Positions 26,018-39,600 of a stretch of 64,000 nt of DNA are shown in pieces. The notes below the pieces were generated by a model, which was not told the origin of the DNA, ran no database searches, and was given only the letters and a program-made list of their open reading frames with translations. The position numbers were made by a program, and so were the translations under genes. The stretch is from Takakia lepidozioides. Its lineage: Eukaryota > Plantae > Bryophyta. The stretch covers positions 58,466,001 to 58,530,000 of the forward strand of contig CM060731.1 in the NCBI GenBank assembly GCA_030704615.1, written 5' to 3'. Each line of letters opens with the position of its first letter. Positions within the stretch are counted from its first letter, which is position 1.

Positions 26018-26800
26018 CTACCTTCGAGGTCTGCTCGGTGACGCTACGATCTGCTGTGTCTTTAGAATAATCTGGGACTCGGCTCGCTGTATTCTGCCCA
26101 TTCTCCTTTGCTTCACTTCCCTTCCTCGCAACAGCGTCCGTAGCTTCACCCGCTTTGCCATCAGCAGCTCCTGCCCTGATTTTGGACAGGACCTGCAGTT
26201 GTCCTCGACGCTTCCCAAAAACTCGCCAGCTTTCTGCTTTATTCCATTCCGGGTTCCGCCAGCTCTATTCTCCATACCCCTTGCTTCGTTTCCTGTGGCA
26301 GCAGCAGTACGAGACGCTTTATGTTGAACGGATCCAGCTACATCTTTCACTGCATCCTTGGCTTCATCAGCTTTGACTGCTGCTCCATCAGCAGTCTCTC
26401 CTGCTCTAATATCCTTACCCTTCCCAACTTTCTCTTTGGCAGAATCGGCAGTTCCAGATGCTGTATCTTGAACATTTCCCGGAAACTCACAACCTTGCTC
26501 CTCAATTGAATCCTTCACATCACATCTGTCTGCTCCTTAGCGGCATCAGTTGCCCCCTTTACGTAATTCCATGTGGATCCTGCATCCTTTTCTGAGCACC
26601 ATCTTTAGCCATTTCGGCCTTGTCCTGGGCAGTATCAGCAGTGTCGGAGGCCTTCTCCTGTGTAGCATCCCACGTAGATCCCTCGCTCTCCTTAGCTCCC
26701 TCAGCCTTCTCTTGAGTGACATCTGCTGCTTTAGAGGCGTTTTCCCTCGTAGCATCAACTGTTTCCGAGGCCGTGTCCTTTGTAACATCAAGCTGAAGAG
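26018..26800 (-). pseudogene. Group-3 LEA (late embryogenesis abundant)-like repeat protein, disrupted
   Basis: A/K/E/D/T-rich 11-mer-like repeats: DTASETVDATRENASKAADVTQEKA, DATQEKASDTADTAQDKA, TADSAKEKVG, KADEAKDAVKDVAG. Stops and frameshifts lie between the segments. Confidence 0.65.
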
Positions 26801-28494
26801 CTCTTACAGTTGTGCAGAGGATAGGGTAGGTGGTGAGCGAAGTACAGTTTGTAATCTTGAATTGGGTGAAATAGCAGAGCTGAGGGAGTAGGGTACTCTT
26901 TTCTTACGGTTGACATCTGTCGATCATCACCATTGCGAGTTCTGCATCAGTTTTGTGGTTGGCCAGTCTACTCATGGCTCGTCCTTATAAATATTACGGG
27001 TTTTCCTTACAATGTTCCAGATGAAAAGTTTTTTGGTCACAGAGAGTTAAGGACTAGCAGCCCAGATCTCGCGTACATTCCAGCTTCTCTCATGATCAGT
27101 GCTGCAAGATGCTACGGACAACGTAGAACAACAAATGCTTGTCACTGCCCAGATCTCATACGTACGTGTTTAATAAGCTTATTGATGATCATAGGCACTG
27201 CAAAGATACTTCAATTCCTTATGGTGTGAGAAATCTAGGATCGAGGAGCAGCTTGTGACTGGCGATATTATCACTTACAAACCTAGCACCCAGTTTCGTT
27301 GGCTAGCCTTACGGCCATTGACTCCATGGGAAACTAGCCCTCCTAAAGCCTTTTTTGGGGGTTCGCACCAACCATGGTTGAGAGAGAGAGAGAGGAGAGC
27401 AGAAGAAATTTGCGATGTGCGGTGGAGGCCAAAGGGCCCTAAGAACGAAAATGCTCATTGCGCTTCTCTTTAAGGTTGTCTATGGTTTAGGCACGAGGTG
27501 ATAGTCCCCACAGGACACCCACAGTTTTGGAGCCTTTGATTGAAGTCTGGACACAGGGCAGTTTACTTGAGCACTTAAACACATGTAGACCACTTATCAA
27601 TTCCACTTCTGGCCATTATTAGAATGTTATGGTTTTTACCTACCAGGTTATGCCAAGTTTGCTACAGCTCTTGTGCCCATCTAAGGGGAATCCAGTTATG
27701 GGAATTGAGGGTCGAATTTGGAGCTGGCATCGACATTATAGTAGAGAGCTTCAAGGTGATTCCCAATCTACTCCTGTATCACTCACCATAGCAGAATGAC
27801 ACATGTAGCTGTGGATGCACTACCAGTCACACTATTGAGTTAAATTTCAAGGTGAGGCTGTCTACATTTTGAACCTCACAGATGGCAATGGAAGCCTTAC
27901 GGTTTGAGGATGGTGATATACTGTGATGGTCCTTAGGTGCCTTACATTAATTACAAGCTGCGAGCAAGCAGTTTTACTGTTGGCGTCAGTAACTTGTTAT
28001 GCCTTGCTAGCAGCACATAATGGTTGGGTGCTCAAGGTGTAGCTTGGTCTATTTGATGGGGTAATAAAAATTGTGGTTGCTGAGCTAGCGACTGTTGGTT
28101 CTCACAGAAAGGTCCAAAGTCACCAGACTTTAGCCATGAGCAGAGAAAGGAGGTCTTTTGTAGTGACTGCTTGTTGAAACCCTCTTGGGTGAAAGGAGAC
28201 GCAGCTGCCAAGCTACGAGGCAAAACAGAATCAAATGGTTCTAAAGTTAAGCCTAGAGACCCAAGCCAAGCATACAACAGGTATTGATTTGATGATGTTT
28301 CAAGGTTTCAGCTTTACTAGTAGATTTGTACAGTTTCTTCTCCAAGCACATGATTGCAGAGGTTTCTCAACTCTGCTAATCTGTAACAGTAAGCCTGTCC
28401 TCACGAAGAAATCTTCTGAAGTGCCTACAAGCTTTGAGATATATTCTAAGACCTGGAGTTTACAGCAGTAGCTAAGTGGCTTCAGCTATGCAGG

Positions 28495-30573
28495 ATGGCA
28501 GGGTTGGATCAGGCAAGAGTATTTGTTGGACAAAAAACTGATGGTAGAGGTAGAACTTCCACCACCACCACCACCACTGCCACCACTTTTGAAGGAGGGC
28601 AAAGAGAGCGAGTTAACAGGAACTCTTCTGGCACCTTTGAGGATGTATGGATACCCTGTAAGGCAGGACAATTGAAAGAGGCGATGCACATTTTAAACCA
28701 ACAAGGCAATCGGGTGAAACCCAAGATGTATGTTGACATCTTGCAGGAGTGCATTGATATGAAAGACCTAGCACTGGGAAAACAGGTGCACGCTGACCTT
28801 ATTAAAAGTGGATTCAAGCCAAATATTTTTCTGTTGAACACCCTTATCAACATGTATGCCAAGTGTGGGAGCATGGTGGATGCACGCCAACTGTTTGACA
28901 AAATGCCTGAACGAGATATGTTTTCGTGGACTATGGTGACAGCAGGATATGTCAAGCATGGGCATGCTAAGGAGGCTTTCAACATCTACAAGCTTATGCA
29001 ACTGGAAGGTGTAACACCCGACAGGGTGATGTTCATTTGCATTCTCAATGCTTGTGCCAGCCTAGGAGCACTGGACAAGGCCAAAGAGGTTCATGGTGAC
29101 GTCATCAAAGCTGGCATTGCATCATATATCAATCTTGAAAATGCCCTTGTTGACATGTATGCAAAATGTGGGAGCATGGAGGATGCGTGTCAAGTGTTCC
29201 AGAGTATGGCTAAACGAGATGTAATCTCATGGAACACCATCATTGCAGGATATTCTCAGCATGGGTGTGGTTGGGAGGCCCTTAATCTCTATGCGCAAAT
29301 GTGCCAAGAAGGGTCGAGACCCAACAGGGTCACATTCATTTGTGTTCTCAATGCTTGCGCCAGCCTTGGAGCCCTGGAAAAGGGCATGGAGGTACATGCT
29401 GACATCCTCAAAGCTGGAATTGTGTCTTACATCAACCTGGAGAATGCCCTTCTTGACATGTATGCCAAATGCGGGAGCTTAAATGCTGCACGACTGGTGT
29501 TCAACAATATGGCAAAACGAAATGCTGTTTCATGGAGTTCGATGATTTCAGGATATACCCAGCATGGGTGTGGTTGGGAGGCTTTCAAAATGTATGAGAA
29601 AATGCTACTGGGAGGGATGATACCCGACCAGGTGACCTTCGTTTGCATTCTGAATGCATGTAGCAGCCTTCGAGCCTTGGAAACTGGCAAGCAGATCCAT
29701 GCAGACATCATCAAAACTAGGATTATAGCAGATAATTTTTTGGAGACCGCCCTTGTTGACATGTATGCCAAATGTGGGAGCTTGAAGGATGCGCATCAGG
29801 TGTTTGAAAATATGATTAGTCGAAATGTGGTCTCATGGAATGCCTTGATTGCAGGATATTCCCAGCATGGGTGTGGCAGGGAGGCTTTTAAAATCCATGA
29901 ACGGATGCAACAGGAAGGGGTGACACCCGATGGGGTCACATTCATTTGCCTTCTCAACGCGTGTGCCAGTCTAGGATCAGTGGAAAAGGTCAAAGTGTTC
30001 CATTCTGAAATCATCAAAGCTGGAATTTCTTCGTTTGTCAATTTGGAGAATACCCTTATTGATGTGTATGCCAAATGTGGGAGCATAAGGAATGCACGTC
30101 AGGTCTTCAACACAATGGCTCAACGAGATGTGGTCTCATGGAGTGCGATGATGGCAGGATGCGCCCAGCATGGGTGTGGTAGAGAGGTCATGCAACTATT
30201 TGAACAAATGCAAATGGAAGGCTTCAATCCAAATGCTATCACTTTTATCTCTGTTCTCTTTGCATGTAGCCATGCGGGCCTAGTTGATGAGGGCCGTCAC
30301 TACTTTGATTCCATGAGTCGAGACCATGGCCTCACACCCTCAGTGGAGCATTTTGGATGCATGGTGGACCTTTTTAGCCGTGCAGGGCGATTAGATGAGG
30401 CAGAGGAATTTGTTTACAAAATGCCAATCAAACCAGACTCTTCCATGTGTGGGACCTTGCTGTCTGCCTGTGTAATGCATGGTAATGTGGAGCTAGCAGA
30501 ACGTGTCTCTAAATTCATTATGAAATGGGATCCACAAGATCCTGCAGCTTATGAATTACTACATCTATGCTGA
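28495..30573 (+). CDS. PLS-class PPR protein (692 aa) truncated within the E domain
   Basis: Uninterrupted ORF of P-L-S triplets, P2-L2-S2 and E1. A frameshift at PAAYELL leads to a stop; (ACC)n encodes a poly-Thr tract near the N-terminus. Confidence 0.9.
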   Translation: MAGLDQARVFVGQKTDGRGRTSTTTTTTATTFEGGQRERVNRNSSGTFEDVWIPCKAGQLKEAMHILNQQGNRVKPKMYVDILQECIDMKDLALGKQVHADLIKSGFKPNIFLLNTLINMYAKCGSMVDARQLFDKMPERDMFSWTMVTAGYVKHGHAKEAFNIYKLMQLEGVTPDRVMFICILNACASLGALDKAKEVHGDVIKAGIASYINLENALVDMYAKCGSMEDACQVFQSMAKRDVISWNTIIAGYSQHGCGWEALNLYAQMCQEGSRPNRVTFICVLNACASLGALEKGMEVHADILKAGIVSYINLENALLDMYAKCGSLNAARLVFNNMAKRNAVSWSSMISGYTQHGCGWEAFKMYEKMLLGGMIPDQVTFVCILNACSSLRALETGKQIHADIIKTRIIADNFLETALVDMYAKCGSLKDAHQVFENMISRNVVSWNALIAGYSQHGCGREAFKIHERMQQEGVTPDGVTFICLLNACASLGSVEKVKVFHSEIIKAGISSFVNLENTLIDVYAKCGSIRNARQVFNTMAQRDVVSWSAMMAGCAQHGCGREVMQLFEQMQMEGFNPNAITFISVLFACSHAGLVDEGRHYFDSMSRDHGLTPSVEHFGCMVDLFSRAGRLDEAEEFVYKMPIKPDSSMCGTLLSACVMHGNVELAERVSKFIMKWDPQDPAAYELLHLC

Positions 30574-31029
30574 GGCTGGCAGGTGGAACAATAAAGCGAA
30601 GGTGAGAAAAATGATGGAGGATAGAGGTGTGAGCAAAGAGCCAGGGTGCTGCTGCATCGAGATGAACAACCAGGTGCCTTCAATTGATCCTGAAGAGAAA
30701 TTACATCCCACAAATTGAGGGGATGCCTGGTGGATTGAAGAGAGTCTGGTCAGGTGCTGGAGGCCGGCTACTTGCCTGACATTCTCTTTGTATTGTATGA
30801 TTTGCAGGAAAAGTAAGAGGAAGTTCTCTGTCCCACAACAGTGAGAAGCTGGCCACTGCTTTTGTGTGCATCAGCACGTCCCCCAGAACACCTATCTGCG
30901 TCGTGTGTTGGGTAATTACCACTGGCACCAAGTTCATCTCAAAGATTGTCAAGCAAGCAGTTGTTCTTTAGGATGTGCACTGCTTTCACCACTTCCAAGA
31001 TGGTTTGTCTTTGTGATGATTACAGGTGA
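30574..31029 (+). pseudogene. Decayed E2/E+/DYW domain of the 28495 PPR
   Basis: AGRWNNKAKVRKMMEDRGVSKEPGCCCIEMNNQV, EAGYLPDILFVLYDL, SEKLATAF and TKFISKIV..VL*DVHCFHHFQDG...DDYR* occur out of frame. Confidence 0.88.
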
Positions 31030-32392
31030 AACAGGGAACATGTATGAAAGAGAACTTGCAGCTTAAAGCATGAGGGATGAAATGTAGTAAGCATTCATAA
31101 TCTGAGCTGCTCATGGTAATGATCACCAAGTATGATTATGAAGCAGTTCCAGTGAAATCTTGTTAGAAAGGAGTTATTGACGTATTGCCTGGACAAGTAA
31201 CACGAGGAAAGCTCCATAAGAAATGGGGGATCCTAAAGGTTGAACAAAGGCATCCCCAAAAGATTGAGAACAATTGAGTGCTTGGGGAGAATGTTCTCTG
31301 GATGACTGGGGAGCAGTGCTTTTTCCTGTGGCGAAACTTTTGGACAATGAAATAGAAACACTGCTGGGGAGCAACACTATCTGGATATGAGTGGAGATCT
31401 GTTGCTCTGTGGTGAGGCTTTCAGATTGATTCCTCTCGCTTGGCATTTAATCCACCAGGGTTACTAATCAGAGTTCCCGGAGATGTAGTTGAAACCTAAA
31501 GACCTGTTCCTACTTCTGGCTCCTTGATGCAACACATCTGGAAATCTTGTGGCAGCCAGTGCACGCCTTTCATTTGTAGCAACCTAACCTGGAGAAGCCT
31601 TTTGCATTGCATAACTCAGCTTGAGGCAGCTTGTTAAACTTCTATGTGAAGGGCATGATTGAAATAGAGTTAGACAAACTATCTACACATGGTACAAGAT
31701 GCCATACAAAACAATCGGCTGTACCGAGAGACATTGACAATTATCTTTGGAGACCACTTCCTCTTGGCCTTAATAACAGTTGCACTAGTGACAAGACAAT
31801 TCGAAAGAGGCTTTTTACAAGACAAAGAATTTGTCTCCTACGCCTGGGAAATTAGCAAGAGGCATCCCAAAGAGCACCCTTGCAGGATGCAGGGGGGGAA
31901 AGGGTGGGTGGGTGGGTGGGATAATATTAAGGGGGGCGGGCATTGTGAACATCTTAAAGGCTTTCCCCACCAACTTTTTGGTATGCCTGACTAATAAATC
32001 TACTTTGGTTGGGTTGGGTCTTCTCCGTTACATTACAAGTACCAATTCTTTGGAAGGGTTGGGGTTCTATATCCTCTATGTATTGATGATGCCACTAAAT
32101 TCGCAATGTAAAGCAAGGAATGGACAATGGGGATGCTCCTACCCTACCCTATCACTGGACAGTCATATCCTCATCCTGCAACTCTCTCACCCTAGTACAC
32201 TCTCTCTAACTCATTTGCCACACACGCTCCCTCTCCGGGTTACAAGTCTTGTGGGGATTATATCAATTCTACATAGCTCCTATTGTGGGAACCTCCCTCT
32301 CATCAGAGGATATTGGAAAGTTGGAGGACGTTGGCTTTCGTCTTGACGCTCTCAGGTACTGCCTAGACCTGGCCCAAGTGCCACAAAAATGA

Positions 32393-32769
32393 ATGGAAGA
32401 AAGTGCGCCGTGCCTTCAAGCCAGATCACGATTCCAAGGTGGAATCCACAAGAATTCTTCAGGCACGGGTGATAGGTATTATGGAAGTTCCTCCCACTGG
32501 TTATGGTTGGGTGTACGTACACATTGGTCACTTCTGGCTATGTTTTTCAGGATATGGCATATCAGGTCAGGGTTGTCCGAATTTTTGTAAGCATGCGTGA
32601 GGGCAGTATGGGGAAGAGAGTGAAGTGGGTCCCTTGCAAGCATCTGTACTACATATATCTATATAAGATGTATTGTGACCCCAAAAGACACCAGTTCATT
32701 CATCAGCCCACGTTTGGTTTCAGCGAAGTCGATACTCTTCTGCAGCTCGACAGCTCACAAATACATTGA
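32393..32769 (+). pseudogene. SWIM zinc-finger-like remnant, probably TE-derived
   Basis: GCPNFC...WVPCKHLYYIY...CDP...FIHQPT split over frames resembles CxC-x(n)-CxH. Confidence 0.4.
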
Positions 32770-33201
32770 GTATTAGCAGTCTATGGGAACATGTCAGTAT
32801 AGCTAGTGGAGATTGGTAATTGTCGTGGATGTTCAGTAAAACTATACCTTCGAACATTTTGGTATGTCTTTCACCCTCACATTTGTAGGTGGCTTCATTC
32901 TAATTCATGCAATGCTTGTTCATGTCTTTGAAGTCAATGCATGCTCTTCTGCAGTCCTTGTATGCGTGCTTGTCTATCCACATTTTGTGGCACCAATGAC
33001 ATGGCACTTGAGTATTTCTTTCTGCCCATACTGCTCTTCTTCTACGGTAAGAGGCCCTCCCTCGTCCTGTCCTCGGCTATAGGGCATGCTTCTCCTACAC
33101 TCTAAACCATGCGCTCATACTCACGCTTAGCAAACATGAGCCTACGCTTAGTAGGTAAAGTGTGAGGGCTCACGTTGCTGGGCTCATGCAGTAGCCGGGC
33201 T

Positions 33202-33301
33202 GACTATCTTCCAGTTGGAAGGTGGACACCTTCATGACACCAATTGGTGGATTTTCCAGGTGGTATGTGTCCATTACCATTGGGTTACAACTTGGTTGTC
33301 G
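33202..33301 (-). mobile_element. tRNA-derived SINE, degenerate copy
   Basis: Reverse complement matches the 5' half of the 44030-44189 family. Confidence 0.7.
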
Positions 33302-33676
33302 ATGATATCATATTATTTATGAGGTCTTTGAAATGTAAACAGGAGTATAAGTCAGTTGGGCACTGGGGAGAAGAATGGAAGGTACAGGAAGACGAGGCTG
33401 GCAAAGTAACTTGCAGGATTTGAACCCCGGATCATCATCCAAGCATACATTTACTCATGTAGAGAATCTAAAATGTTCTGTGAGGGTGTAACGCTGGGCT
33501 GTGCAAATGCAAAGACACTCACAGAAGGGAAGTAGTGAATCCATGGTAGTCTCCCCCCCCCCACCTTCAATTTGAGGCCAGTTCGGCAAGGTCTGTTTGC
33601 AGCAGAGGAAGGAATTGAGAATGGAATGACCTAGGAGGTAGCTCACACTGAAACTGCAACTATATTTTGCCTGCAT

Positions 33677-36600
33677 ATGTCGGACTTGGACGAGCGCAGG
33701 AGTCGAAGCATAAAGGGTTCCAAAGACACATCCAGGGGTAGCTTGAGTAAACATGCACTGGGAGTCGGTGATCCTACCAGCTCTTCCAGAAGTCACAGCA
33801 ACAGCAATGTCAAAAACGTCAACGGAATTAGGAGTGACATTGATGTGGGCAGCAGTTCTCGAATTACAATTCCCCTCGGTGACTCCGGGACCCATCCCTA
33901 TGCCAGCAGTTCGACCGGAGGTCCATCTGTGAACTCTTCAACCAGATCTGCAGCTGCTCCAGCCACTGCATGTGCACGTAGCACGGCTCAGGGCAGTGTT
34001 GCCCAGACTGACAGGATGACCATTGCCAACTTGGTTGGGACATTCTTGCCCTATTTGCCGCAAGATGATGCAGTGGCAACGGGGTTGGGAGAATGGGAGG
34101 GAGCAATTGATGCTTCGGAGGCACAGGAGGTGGCGGATTTTCTCAATCAACGGCTTGCTGCTCTCTTGCAATTAAACTCGTGCAAATTTTCGTGGCAGGG
34201 TGACTCACATCTTTCCCATCTATGTAGATTTTGACGTACAATGTGATTTAACCGCTTAGGGTCCATGAAGAGATTTCCTGGCTTTGACGATGTTACCGTT
34301 TGAGTAAATTGACAAGGTTAGCAAGAGCTTGTGTCCTCTTTTTTGACCAGAAAATGTTCAGAGTGTCAATACTGTGATCACTTAGTTGAGACAAGCATGA
34401 GGGACACAGTCTAAACCCATAGGTCAGCACTCAGTCAACTTTTCAAGGCCCTCACACGACTGTGCTGTTCCGTGCAGTTCGACCTGATCTGGTCGGATCC
34501 TTATGTGGCCTCACTTGGATGAATTCCTCTCTAGAATAGTGAGATTGTTGATCCCCATGTTGTTTTCTTGGAGCCTTTTACTTACTGAAACTTGGAAGGG
34601 TAAGCCTGTCGGACTTTGGGGTTTTTGGCCTGAAGTGCAATCTTTTCTTGCCTCTGATCCGAGCCTTGCAGTTGTAAGGGATGAATCGCTCCACACCTTT
34701 GTGGACACCTATCTCTGTTTTCGAAGGAGGTGGTATGATGGAAAACCGTATGCTAGGGGGGCGGCTGCAAAAGCAGTCATTGTGGGTGATGGAGAACTTA
34801 GCCGGCGCGTATTCATGCTCTTATATCGCCTGTGAGTTTCTCCAATCTCCTTGGCTTGTCATCAGTAAGTGCAGTAATGCTTGGTATCCTCTGAGTGACA
34901 GCAGCAGATTGCAACAAGGGATAGCCTGGGAGCTTTGTTGTCTGTCCAGGAGCTAGCAAGGTGGCCTCTACTCTACTTCTCAGAAAGGCCTCCTTGCATT
35001 GGTTGGGAATGCTTGTGTTGACAATGTCAAAGTCTTCCTTCATCACGAAGAAGCCTGAGGCTCTGCAAATGTACAAAACTGCATACAAATTTTATTCCGA
35101 GGCGGAGAGTCAGAGATGTATCCAAATTATTTCTTCTTGAGCCATCTTTAACACACTTGGATGACTCAGAATGTTGAGGCCTTACTGTAAGAGTGATCCA
35201 GAAGGTATCCTAGTGCGTCTAATCAACAGAAATAGAAATAGGCCAGAAGACAACCGTGTAACAGAATTCACATTCTTTTTCTAAGCAAAAGGAGGGGTAA
35301 CTCTGCCATCTCACGGGGCAGCATGCCACCCTCCCAGATCTCCTGGAAAGACTGTTTCTGCACATGCCAGAGTGTACGAGTGTACTGTTCTTGCTCTAGG
35401 CTGTGCATCTTTCTAAGCATGAGGCATCCTGGAGTCTCAGTACTGCAGTCAAGGTTGTGAAATTGTGCCTGTTTGGACATGTGAGTTCTCAAACAGTGGT
35501 GAAAATTCATCATGAAAATGTGTGAGCATCTTATCTTGCTAGAGATGCTCTGAGGGTTCACGTCTCAAAGTTATTTAAGGCATCTAGTCTTTCCCAGTTA
35601 ACCTGATGAGCAGGTTGAAATGATCACCCTTCGTAGGTGATGGCCTGGGCAACTGCTAGGAAAATCTTTTTGTACTATGATCCAATGCAAGACTCAAGCC
35701 ATTTTGAGCAATTCTTTTTTGAACCGTTTATCTCGAACCAAAGTGTTAACAATTCATTGCTCCTCCCTCTCTCCTTGCCTCTTTCACTTGCTGGATGTTC
35801 CTTGCCTTTGAATGCCGACCTCTTTGGTGGACAACAGAGATGAAGTTCTGTAATTTTGTGTGTACTCCTCTCTCTTCCCCACTTCTTCCCTCTGCCTTCT
35901 TCGTCCCATCCATCCATTTGTCTCTCTCAAATTTGTAATTGGACTTTGCAGGTCGTCAAATGACACCCCTGCTCCTGCTAGCGAAAGCCTCTCTTCTACG
36001 GAGCTTGCTGGTGAGTTTCCCTGGGCAGGGACTCTTCACATAGGAGAGTTTCCAGGGGGTGCTCTACTGGCTTGTCTAATTCACTTGGAGGCTGCCCCCA
36101 CTCATTACCCCACATTACTCAGATTAGTCTTGCATTGCAAGATGAATGATGGAGACCATGATATCAATTGCATGGGGTCTATTTTTCTTGCAGATTTCCT
36201 CCAGGAGAAGAGGGTGCTGGATCTACCAAAGCTTTTAGATGTTTGTGCCGTATATTACCACGACAATCCCGATTTGACACGTCGGCTGGTGAGGGCTCTC
36301 TCTTATGCATTTTAGTCAGCATGGACTGTACCACCAATTTTTTTTGTAACTTAGGATTTCAAATCTCTGGGATGACGTGCTGTCAAAATTCATACGACGA
36401 ATGAATAACTTTGTAATGCAACTAGATTGTAACTGCATTATAAAGCTAATTGTCAGTATGAAGCTAATAAGCCTTGATATGACCTGTAAACCCAGCTTGT
36501 TTGGCTTCATGTAGAAAGGGTTAGATGGTCAATTTAAGATCATTTACAAGGAAGTGTTCCACCTTCTGTATGAGAGGGTGCATGTACATGAGTGGAATTG

Positions 36601-39600
36601 CATTCATTTAAGCTCGTGAAACAAACTTATGCAAGTTAGGAGATGCTGATGAAAAGTGTGGGCTGTGTGGTGGTGGTGGGGGGGGGGGGGGGGGTTGGGG
36701 TTGAAGGTTAACAATGTATTAAGAGCTCAGCCAAGCTATGCCAGAGATCTGGATGCTATGGTAGGGCCGTTGATGCAGGCGATAAACACAATGCACCACC
36801 GCTGCTACTCAATTATTGAGGTGGGTGTTTTATTCCAACTTTGATTAGATCTGCTTTGGTTCATCAATGACCGGTTCGTTTCTCCATTTGCCCTTGTGGC
36901 CGCATTTAAAGTGTATGAACAGTGTCTGTGACCATGGTGGACCCTGTGTTGAGGTGCAATTCTGTGGTGAGAATTGGGTTGCAAGTTCCCAGTCTAGAGA
37001 AGATGTCTGTTTTAGGGAGCACATCAGTAGGTGGGTACCTTGATAGAAGAGGATTGTGCGGTTGTTTTGTCTAGCTTTCATGTGTGCTTGACTCATGGGG
37101 GCTCTGTTCTACTGCCACCTGGCATCTTAGAGTGCTGGAAGAGCCCTACAGTTTCGAAGTAGATGTTCCTGTAGGTTCTCTGTTTAAGAGCAGCTGTTCA
37201 GTGGGAAAAGGAAAGGGTGGACTCCTGCTGAAGCAAGCGTAAATTATGGTGTCTCTTTACCCTGAAGGGCTACTGCCTTCGGTTTGGAAGGTGGACTGTA
37301 CGATAGACACTTTGCAATGGTTGAATGAACTGCAGATATGTCCAGTATGTTCCTTTGTATCTGAAAAGCCTGTGCTTGCATATATTTTTGACTGGCTGGG
37401 TTTGTATGTTGGATGGACACAGTCCCAAAAGGGTCAGTTAGGCCACGACGTCATGGGGGTGAAAGCTATGAAGAAACAGTTGATAGAGGTGAGTTGTTTC
37501 CTTTTTCCTTTTGAGTAGCCCAGCCCCTAGTGGAGAGCAGTAGATGATGGACTAAGTTGGATGCGCAGATTGATCCCTCACCAAAGGCTGCCAAGGTTTC
37601 CCAGCATTGGCTCTCAGCATTGGCTCTCAGCATTGGCTGAAAGAGCTTCCATGTGAGTTGAGTGAAATAGTATGGACATTTACAGAGGACATTATGGGGA
37701 GACAATTATGATGGTTTTATACTCCACACCCACTATGTATGACATAGCATATGAGCTTCGTGAATGTCTGTCACCGTTTAACTTTCCTTCTCTCAGGTAG
37801 ACCAAGTATTGGACTGTGTTTCTGCTCAATGGTGAGTGAGGGAGAAGTCAGCATCCAGATCATGAATTGTGAGTGTGACCTGTAGTCAAAAGGCAAAATG
37901 ATGGATATTTTGGTTGGCAGGTAGTGGAGTATTTGGACGATGTTATTATGGCCCTCAATGCTTTTGTTGGTGCCTATCCACCAGCTGCTTCAATATTGGT
38001 CTCTGCTGGAGTTTCTGAGTAATTTCTCTGCTCTCTCTCTCTCTATATCGCTGATGTACCCCTCAATATTTACTTTTGAACTCTGGCTCTGCCATATGCT
38101 AAATTGCTGGCAGTGGGATACTCACTCTCCTGGGGCTGCCCTTGGGGTTTCAAGTTTTAACCTACCCGTGTGTGAAACTGTGTGACGTTTCCACCTTGCT
38201 CATGCACGGCCAATGATAACTTGTTACAGGTGTGATTCATTTAAGGTCTGGGAGTTACATGTCAGGAAGCACAGCACTATTTCTGATCGGGTTTCAACGT
38301 AGACATGTCGGTTCAATCAGATGCAGTCGTTTACGTACTGCTTACCATTGTGCCCCTCTCCCCCTCCCCCCCAGTTCTTTTCTCTTCGCCCGTTTCTGGT
38401 GGCCACATAGTGGGTTTCATCTACTTCAACTCTTCAGTGTCTGAAATTCAGTATCCGTCTCTTTGCTGATGTATTTCTCTCTCTCTCTATCGTCGTTCAT
38501 CGGATTATATTCTGGTCTGACTGGTGCTTATCGAAGTAAGAATTCTCCAATTGTTGTGCAGGAGCAGAGTTGACTCGTTTCTTCCCTCTCTGGCATCCAT
38601 CCATGACTCTATGTTACCAACTCTTTGCATGGGGTTTGCTGCCCTTGGCAGCCCACCCTCATCATCTTCCAGGACATGGAACTCTAAGGAAGATATAGAG
38701 GTGGCTGCTCAGCTGCTAGTGAAACGACTGAAACTGAGACTTATCGATTTTTCCTGGAACTTGTTGCGTACATGCTATCTTGGTGAGCAAGCTCTTGAAG
38801 ACGCAGATTTTCCTCCCTTACGTGTACAGCAGGGCAGAGATGGAGGGAGTAAGGCCACAGAGTATCCAGCAATGAAGGGCAATCTGGTGCAAGCTGCCTT
38901 GGCCCTAGCTTTGGGGTCAGGTGAGAGTGATGGAAACGGAACCCTGGCATCTGTTGCCCCTGTTAACCAAATGTCAACCACTGGGGCTTTGTTGCGAAGT
39001 ATTGACAGAAGGCATGGGCTGCGTCAGATAATCCACGAGCTCTGTCAAAGTGGTATGTACATTGTTAGTACAGTAATAGATGTGGCTATCTCACTTTATC
39101 TTTGCTTACCTGTCAAGTTCGGAGTTCACTATGCTCGAACATATTCATTAGAGTAGTAAAGGTCGTGCTTTGAGACTTGAAGCTCCACTTGAGCTCCTTA
39201 AAAATAAGGAGCTTCTTTGTTGCACAGGCGAGAAACTGAGTGTTTTATTGGCTGGTTGCAGATGCTATTCTACTTGATGATGCACAGTGTGAGCGTCTAC
39301 TTGCATTAATTGCTGATAATCATCCTAGCAAGTTGCAAACTTCCAGGAGACAGGCTGCAAATGTCTCAGATTTGCCAAAACCATCAATTCCAGATCAGAA
39401 GGATGAGGCAGTTTTCCTGCAATCGAAAATCAGCCAAGTCAAGGATCTGTTCCCTGGCTATGGAGATGGATTTGTAGCTGCATGCCTGGAAGCCTATGAC
39501 AATGACCCTGAGAAAGTGATTCAACAAATTTTAGATGGCAAACTTCACCCAGACCTTGCATCTCTGGACGTCACACTTTCAAACAAACCCAGCTACACAG

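Noticed and set aside
28509-30086. Antisense ORFs over the PPR genes (also 4248-5727) and PLAC8
   Set aside because: Shadows of the repetitive coding strand.
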